Of a DNA stretch of 8,607 nt, positions 1 through 8,607 are shown in pieces (position 1 is the stretch's first letter; every line of letters starts with the position of its first letter). Both the position numbers and the translations under genes were made by a program. The notes beneath the pieces are model-generated. The model was not told the origin of the DNA. It saw nothing but the letters and a program-made list of their open reading frames with translations, and did no database searches. Source of the stretch: a virus; UHGV virus genome UHGV-0254280, one strand, 5' to 3'.

Positions 1-552
<552 letters not shown>

Positions 553-556
553 TGTC

Positions 557-1762
<1,206 letters not shown>

Positions 1763-1775
1763 TTACCCCACAAAA

Positions 1776-2135
1776 TTACTTGCCAACATTAAGCCCATTT
1801 GATTTAAATAAATCATAAACCAATCGGTACACTCTATCCTTATAAAGATATATGTATGAAATAAATTGAACATGGAGGATGATATTAAAGCAGTACTGAA
1901 TATTTAAAGGCAGGTAACTGAATGCAACTACAATAACATCGAGTTTATTAACATCGGAGATTTGACGAATAATAAAATTGACGGCAGATACAAGAGCATA
2001 ATATGAAGTGTAGCAAAGACCAAGATAAGAAAGGAGCTTAGCCCATGCAACAGCTTTATCACCGATAACTCCTGCAATGAAACGTAGTGATTTTAAAACA
2101 ACATCAACAAAAAAAGCACCTAAAATGGCCCACAT
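1776..2135 (-). CDS. Minor coat protein pVI-like
   Basis: 119 aa, hydrophobic, sitting between gIII and gI. The ATG overlaps the gIII stop (ATGA), which suggests translational coupling. Assigned by position and size only. Confidence 0.6.
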   Translation of the reverse strand: MWAILGAFFVDVVLKSLRFIAGVIGDKAVAWAKLLSYLGLCYTSYYALVSAVNFIIRQISDVNKLDVIVVAFSYLPLNIQYCFNIILHVQFISYIYLYKDRVYRLVYDLFKSNGLNVGK

Positions 2136-3487
2136 CAGAGTTTTACCTCACGTTCAAATAATGTACGGCGAGAAATAACAAAAACGCGTAACATGGTTAT
2201 CATATAAATAGCATATTCAAGAACAGAACGAACATAATCGTCATAAGCTTTTGCAAAATGGCTTGTATCAATCTTGAAATTAATAGCGCCAATCAACGGA
2301 AGATCAAAGCTAAATTGTAAAATAAAAGGAAGAGCAGTTCCATTATTTGTATTTACCAGTTTGTCAATATTAACTGTAAGCCAATTGTTATTATCATGAC
2401 TCTCACTTCCCTGTCCTGGCAAGTAATGCGAAAGCTCCCCTAAAGGGAAATCCCCATCAGGCAAAGAAGAAGCTATATTCTGACTAATATCTTTAATACC
2501 ATTGTCCAGTGAATTTAATGCATTATTCATATCAGCCTGAGAAACAGAAAAAGCATTATTTAAATCATTCACTGACACCCATATTGTTTTTAACCAGCCC
2601 AAAATACCATCAAGCCAGCCATTGTCATCGCCGGATGAGCCACCGGATCCTGAACCTGAACTACCGCTACCGGATGAACCGCCGGAGCCACCGCTACCGG
2701 ATGAACCACCGGAGCCAGAACCTGAACCACCACTGCCGGATGAGCCGCCGGAACCCGAGCCGGAGCCACCGCTACCGGATGAACCACCGGAGCCAGAACC
2801 TGAACCACCACCGGAACTGCCGCCGCCTGGGTTACCACCACCGGAACTGCCACCACCTGAGCTACCGCCATCCTCCTTACCATCGGAGAATGCAGGATCT
2901 ACAGCAACTGGTTTCCAGTCGGCAGTACAAACTGTATCATCATCGGGATTACAAATAAGAGGATTGCCGGTTGCCTCATAAATACACCCCTGCACATTAA
3001 CATAACGGGTCCCGTCATCACCTTTATAAACATCAGAAAAAGTCATACCATCAAGAACCGGACGAGAAAGACAAATCTCGTCAGTTGGCGGCTTATTATA
3101 TTCAGGTGTCAAATCCCCCTCACCACCCTGAAAAGAAAGGGTGCAGGCTGTCCACTTTTGCTTGTCTGAATCCCAGACTTTATATGCTGACCACCGGGCA
3201 CGGACAAAAGACCCGACAGTCGAAGGTGCATTAACAGGCGTGGAAAGTGGCACACCACAATAATGAATTATTCCGGAACATGCGTCATAATTGCCCGAAC
3301 CACAGAAAAGATGACCGGCCGCCCTGGCTAATTTAATCGACGTCCCCGCGTCCGAATAATCTGTCCTGCAGGATGAATGGCCTGCACACTGAACAAGTGC
3401 ATCCGGATTTTCTTTCTCTTCAGCGAAAGAAAACGAGGAAAAGAACAAAAACAGAAGCGGAATAATAAAGTGAATCAAACAAAACAC
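2135..3487 (-). CDS. gIII: Adsorption / minor coat protein pIII
   Basis: 450 aa. N-terminal signal peptide MFCLIHFIIPLLFLFFSSFSFA, Cys-rich N-terminal domains, a long Gly/Ser linker of about 90 residues, and a hydrophobic C-terminal anchor. Located directly after gVIII and its terminator. Confidence 0.85.
   Translation of the reverse strand: MFCLIHFIIPLLFLFFSSFSFAEEKENPDALVQCAGHSSCRTDYSDAGTSIKLARAAGHLFCGSGNYDACSGIIHYCGVPLSTPVNAPSTVGSFVRARWSAYKVWDSDKQKWTACTLSFQGGEGDLTPEYNKPPTDEICLSRPVLDGMTFSDVYKGDDGTRYVNVQGCIYEATGNPLICNPDDDTVCTADWKPVAVDPAFSDGKEDGGSSGGGSSGGGNPGGGSSGGGSGSGSGGSSGSGGSGSGSGGSSGSGGSGSGSGGSSGSGGSGGSSGSGSSGSGSGGSSGDDNGWLDGILGWLKTIWVSVNDLNNAFSVSQADMNNALNSLDNGIKDISQNIASSLPDGDFPLGELSHYLPGQGSESHDNNNWLTVNIDKLVNTNNGTALPFILQFSFDLPLIGAINFKIDTSHFAKAYDDYVRSVLEYAIYMITMLRVFVISRRTLFEREVKL
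2620..2880. repeat. In-frame imperfect tandem repeats (27- and 39-bp units) encoding the pIII Gly/Ser linker
   Basis: The motif ccggatg recurs at 2670, 2697, 2736 and 2775 (spacings 27, 39, 39). The protein shows repeated SGSGSGGSSGSGG units. Confidence 0.8.
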
Positions 3488-3500
3488 TCCTGGTATGATT

Positions 3501-3523
3501 AAAAAAGCGCCCCGGAGGGCGCT
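3501..3523 (-). terminator. Rho-independent terminator downstream of gVIII
   Basis: On the minus strand: stem AGCGCCC, loop TCCG, stem GGGCGCT, followed by TTTTTT. Position matches the gVIII terminator of Ff phages. Confidence 0.75.
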
Positions 3524-3538
3524 ATCGTTAAATAACTA

Positions 3539-3799
<261 letters not shown>

Positions 3800-3805
3800 T
3801 TAAAA

Positions 3806-3976
3806 TTAATTAACAGCATCACTGAACATCCGGCAGACCAGAGTGAAAATAACACCAAGACCAAAGCCAAGAAGCCAGCAGACAATCCAGACATAAAGAA
3901 CGGACCAGTAAAGCTCCCCGTCCTGTACGCCAGAATTCAGTGCGGATAAAACACCGCTGAAATCAAATTCAGTCAT
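3806..3976 (-). CDS. Small hydrophobic minor coat protein (pIX-like)
   Basis: 56 aa from the internal ATG at 3976, which overlaps the stop of the upstream small ORF (TATGACTGA). Contains a transmembrane-like segment WSVLYVWIVCWLLGFGLGVIFTLV. Assigned by position between the gV-like gene and gVIII. Confidence 0.55.
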   Translation of the reverse strand: MTEFDFSGVLSALNSGVQDGELYWSVLYVWIVCWLLGFGLGVIFTLVCRMFSDAVN

Positions 3977-4109
3977 AATAACGCTGAACAGTAATGCTTT
4001 GTGAGTCACAGGCGCGAATCAGTTTTATTCCGATGCCAAAACCTGAAGAAAATAAAATCATTGCAGGCGCAGCAAATAAAACAAAGTTCAGAAAATCAGC
4101 GTCAGACAT
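3969..4109 (-). CDS. Small hydrophobic minor coat protein (pVII-like)
   Basis: 46 aa from the ATG at 4109, 5 nt after the gV-like stop. The N-terminus MSDADF resembles Ff pVII MEQVADF, and the protein has a hydrophobic core. Confidence 0.55.
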   Translation of the reverse strand: MSDADFLNFVLFAAPAMILFSSGFGIGIKLIRACDSQSITVQRYYD

Positions 4110-4113
4110 ATCA

Positions 4114-4539
4114 TCAGCCTTTTTCTTTACCTGCGGGCAGTGCACCCAGCGGCTGACCGTCAAAACGTTTCATGGAGCCGGAAATAAAACGATACCAGAC
4201 ACCATGACGTTCTGAGCCTGTCGCCCATGAGTTAACATCCACCGTGAGATAAACAGGTTTGCCCTGCAAATCAGGACATGAATTAAAAAATTTAAAATCC
4301 TCCTCAGTACAGGAAAAGCGCTCATGCTCCTCACGGCGGACTTTTAATTTTCGGTCCTCATACGGATAGGCAATAACAATGGCATATTTGGGTTTAGCCT
4401 CAGGGTTATAATGAGAACCCGTGGGTTTTAACTCCTCATCATTTATGACAGTGACGTGAATAAAATATCCCGCCATTGTCATGCCTGAGGTAAAACCCTC
4501 AGGGGAAGGAAACGGAAAACTGTCGTAAATTTGATTCAT
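4114..4539 (-). CDS. Protein in the gV position (putative ssDNA-binding protein; function not supported by recognisable similarity)
   Basis: 141 aa. Shine-Dalgarno GAGGAG 8 nt upstream of the ATG. Lies immediately downstream of Rep and upstream of the small coat genes. No obvious similarity to the 87-aa Ff gV that I can recall. Confidence 0.45.
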   Translation of the reverse strand: MNQIYDSFPFPSPEGFTSGMTMAGYFIHVTVINDEELKPTGSHYNPEAKPKYAIVIAYPYEDRKLKVRREEHERFSCTEEDFKFFNSCPDLQGKPVYLTVDVNSWATGSERHGVWYRFISGSMKRFDGQPLGALPAGKEKG

Positions 4540-4569
4540 AAATCAGACTCCTCAATGTTAAAAATTCAG

Positions 4570-6666
<2,097 letters not shown>

Positions 6667-6708
6667 TTGAGATGTATGATGAGGTATGAAAAAACAGAGG
6701 GGATATAT

Positions 6709-6897
6709 ATGCCAACAAAGCACATAAACGATGTTTTATGGAGAAAGGTAGAGAAAGAAACTGTAAAAGTGGTAACAACACTGGCAATACCAGTAAAAGA
6801 TACCAAAGTTTTAGAATGGATAATCGCAAAAGGACTGGAGTCTATAACAGAAGATGACTACAGGAAATTTGCAAAGACGGATGCAACAAAAAAATAA
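6709..6897 (+). CDS. Hypothetical small protein (62 aa), divergent from gII
   Basis: ATG at 6709 preceded by GAGGGG with a 6-nt spacer. Charged, soluble-looking protein MPTKHINDVLWRKVEKETV... On the strand opposite to all phage genes, in an AT-rich segment. No family recognised. Confidence 0.5.
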   Translation: MPTKHINDVLWRKVEKETVKVVTTLAIPVKDTKVLEWIIAKGLESITEDDYRKFAKTDATKK

Positions 6898-6938
6898 CAT
6901 TATAGTTACCTATCGATACGAAGATTGCTAGAAGCAAT

Positions 6939-7094
6939 ATGCAGACAACCAGTGAATTAATTCTTGACCTGCTGATAAAGCATTTCGTTGTTGGCAGCAT
7001 CACAGGCATGACAATATTCAGCCTGATAACGCTTGTCCCACCGTTGGTGATGACCATACACAACAAACTAAGTAAGGACACTGAAATCCTTTAA
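6939..7094 (+). CDS. Hypothetical small membrane protein (51 aa)
   Basis: Manually translated as MQTTSELILDLLIKHFVVGSITGMTIFSLITLVPPLVMTIHNKLSKDTEIL, with one predicted transmembrane segment. Weak Shine-Dalgarno. Followed by a strong hairpin at 7128-7160. Not in the supplied ORF track (below its apparent length cut-off). Confidence 0.4.
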   Translation: MQTTSELILDLLIKHFVVGSITGMTIFSLITLVPPLVMTIHNKLSKDTEIL

Positions 7095-7099
7095 GGTTC

Positions 7100-7193
7100 A
7101 GTGCGCACAATGACGTTATGTATAAAAAGGCCGCTGCGGTGGAGAGTATCGCAGCGGCCTTTTCAACATAACGCGTGTCACATTATGCGCACT
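7100..7193. other. Putative CTX-type attP: two inverted dif-like XerC/XerD sites forming an imperfect hairpin
   Basis: Site A, plus strand 7100-7126: aGTGCGCAcAA-TGACG-TTATGTaTAAA. Site B, minus strand 7193-7163: aGTGCGCATAA-TGTGACACGCG-TTATGTTgAAA. Compared with E. coli dif GGTGCGCATAA-TGTATA-TTATGTTAAAT (recalled). The two sites flank a perfect 11-bp stem and would pair with a bulged central region in single-stranded DNA. Confidence 0.6.
7128..7160. terminator. Strong hairpin, possible bidirectional terminator (gIV on minus strand, small-ORF transcript on plus strand)
   Basis: Stem AGGCCGCTGCG, 11-nt loop, stem CGCAGCGGCCT. T-runs on both sides (TTTT on plus, TTTTT on minus). Also forms the apex of the attP-like hairpin. 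Confidence 0.55.
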
Positions 7194-7246
7194 GACGTTG
7201 TGGTAGGTAAACTGAGATGCCGCGTCCTGATAATCCCGGTCGGCAC

Positions 7247-8464
<1,218 letters not shown>

Positions 8465-8493
8465 TTAAGTGCTGTTTTTCAGTCATGAAGATA

Positions 8494-8607
8494 TTCCGCT
8501 TCCTCGACCACTCGCTCACTGCGTTCGGTCGCCGGATCTGCGGCGAGCGGTACCACCACACGCGCAACTGAAGCATTCTGCCTCTCTGTTCATCCGTCAG
8601 ACCTGCC
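8494..8607. repeat. Third, partial copy of the repeat (Y plus the first part of Z), 39 bp upstream of the gIV start
   Basis: Matches 148-261 with 4 mismatches at a constant offset of 8346 bp. Runs to the end of the window. Confidence 0.9.

Noticed and set aside
2509-2981. Plus-strand ORFs 2509..2958 and 2622..2981 (Pro/Glu-rich and His/Arg-rich translations) and minus-strand 2590..2883
   Set aside because: They are alternative-frame and antisense readings of the low-complexity Gly/Ser linker repeat in gIII; the composition is an artefact of the repeat.

Overview
The window is essentially one complete Ff-like filamentous phage (Inoviridae) genome or prophage unit, with every phage gene on the minus strand. 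Reading the minus strand from high to low coordinates the order is: secretin gIV (8455..7247), a 676-bp intergenic region (7246..6571), a GTG-initiated rolling-circle Rep (6570..4570), a gV-position protein, two small gVII/gIX-like proteins, major coat gVIII, adsorption protein gIII with a Gly/Ser-repeat linker, gVI, and assembly protein gI (1759..557). The gI and gIV products align recognisably to Ff pI and pIV from memory; the Rep does not resemble Ff pII and instead carries motifs of the gpA-type HUH endonucleases. The intergenic region holds three things worth attention: an AT-rich insert with two small plus-strand ORFs antisense to all phage genes, face-to-face promoters with TCTAAG/CTTAG operator-like repeats, and an imperfect hairpin built from two inverted dif-like XerC/XerD sites, which resembles a CTX-type attP. 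The gI/gIV junction is occupied by a 339-bp repeat unit present in 1.6 copies at the window start and again at the window end; its conserved core hairpin resembles a segment of the ColE1/pMB1 vector backbone. No tRNA, rRNA, CRISPR array or host junction was seen. All calls rest on reading the sequence and recalled reference proteins; no database search was run.
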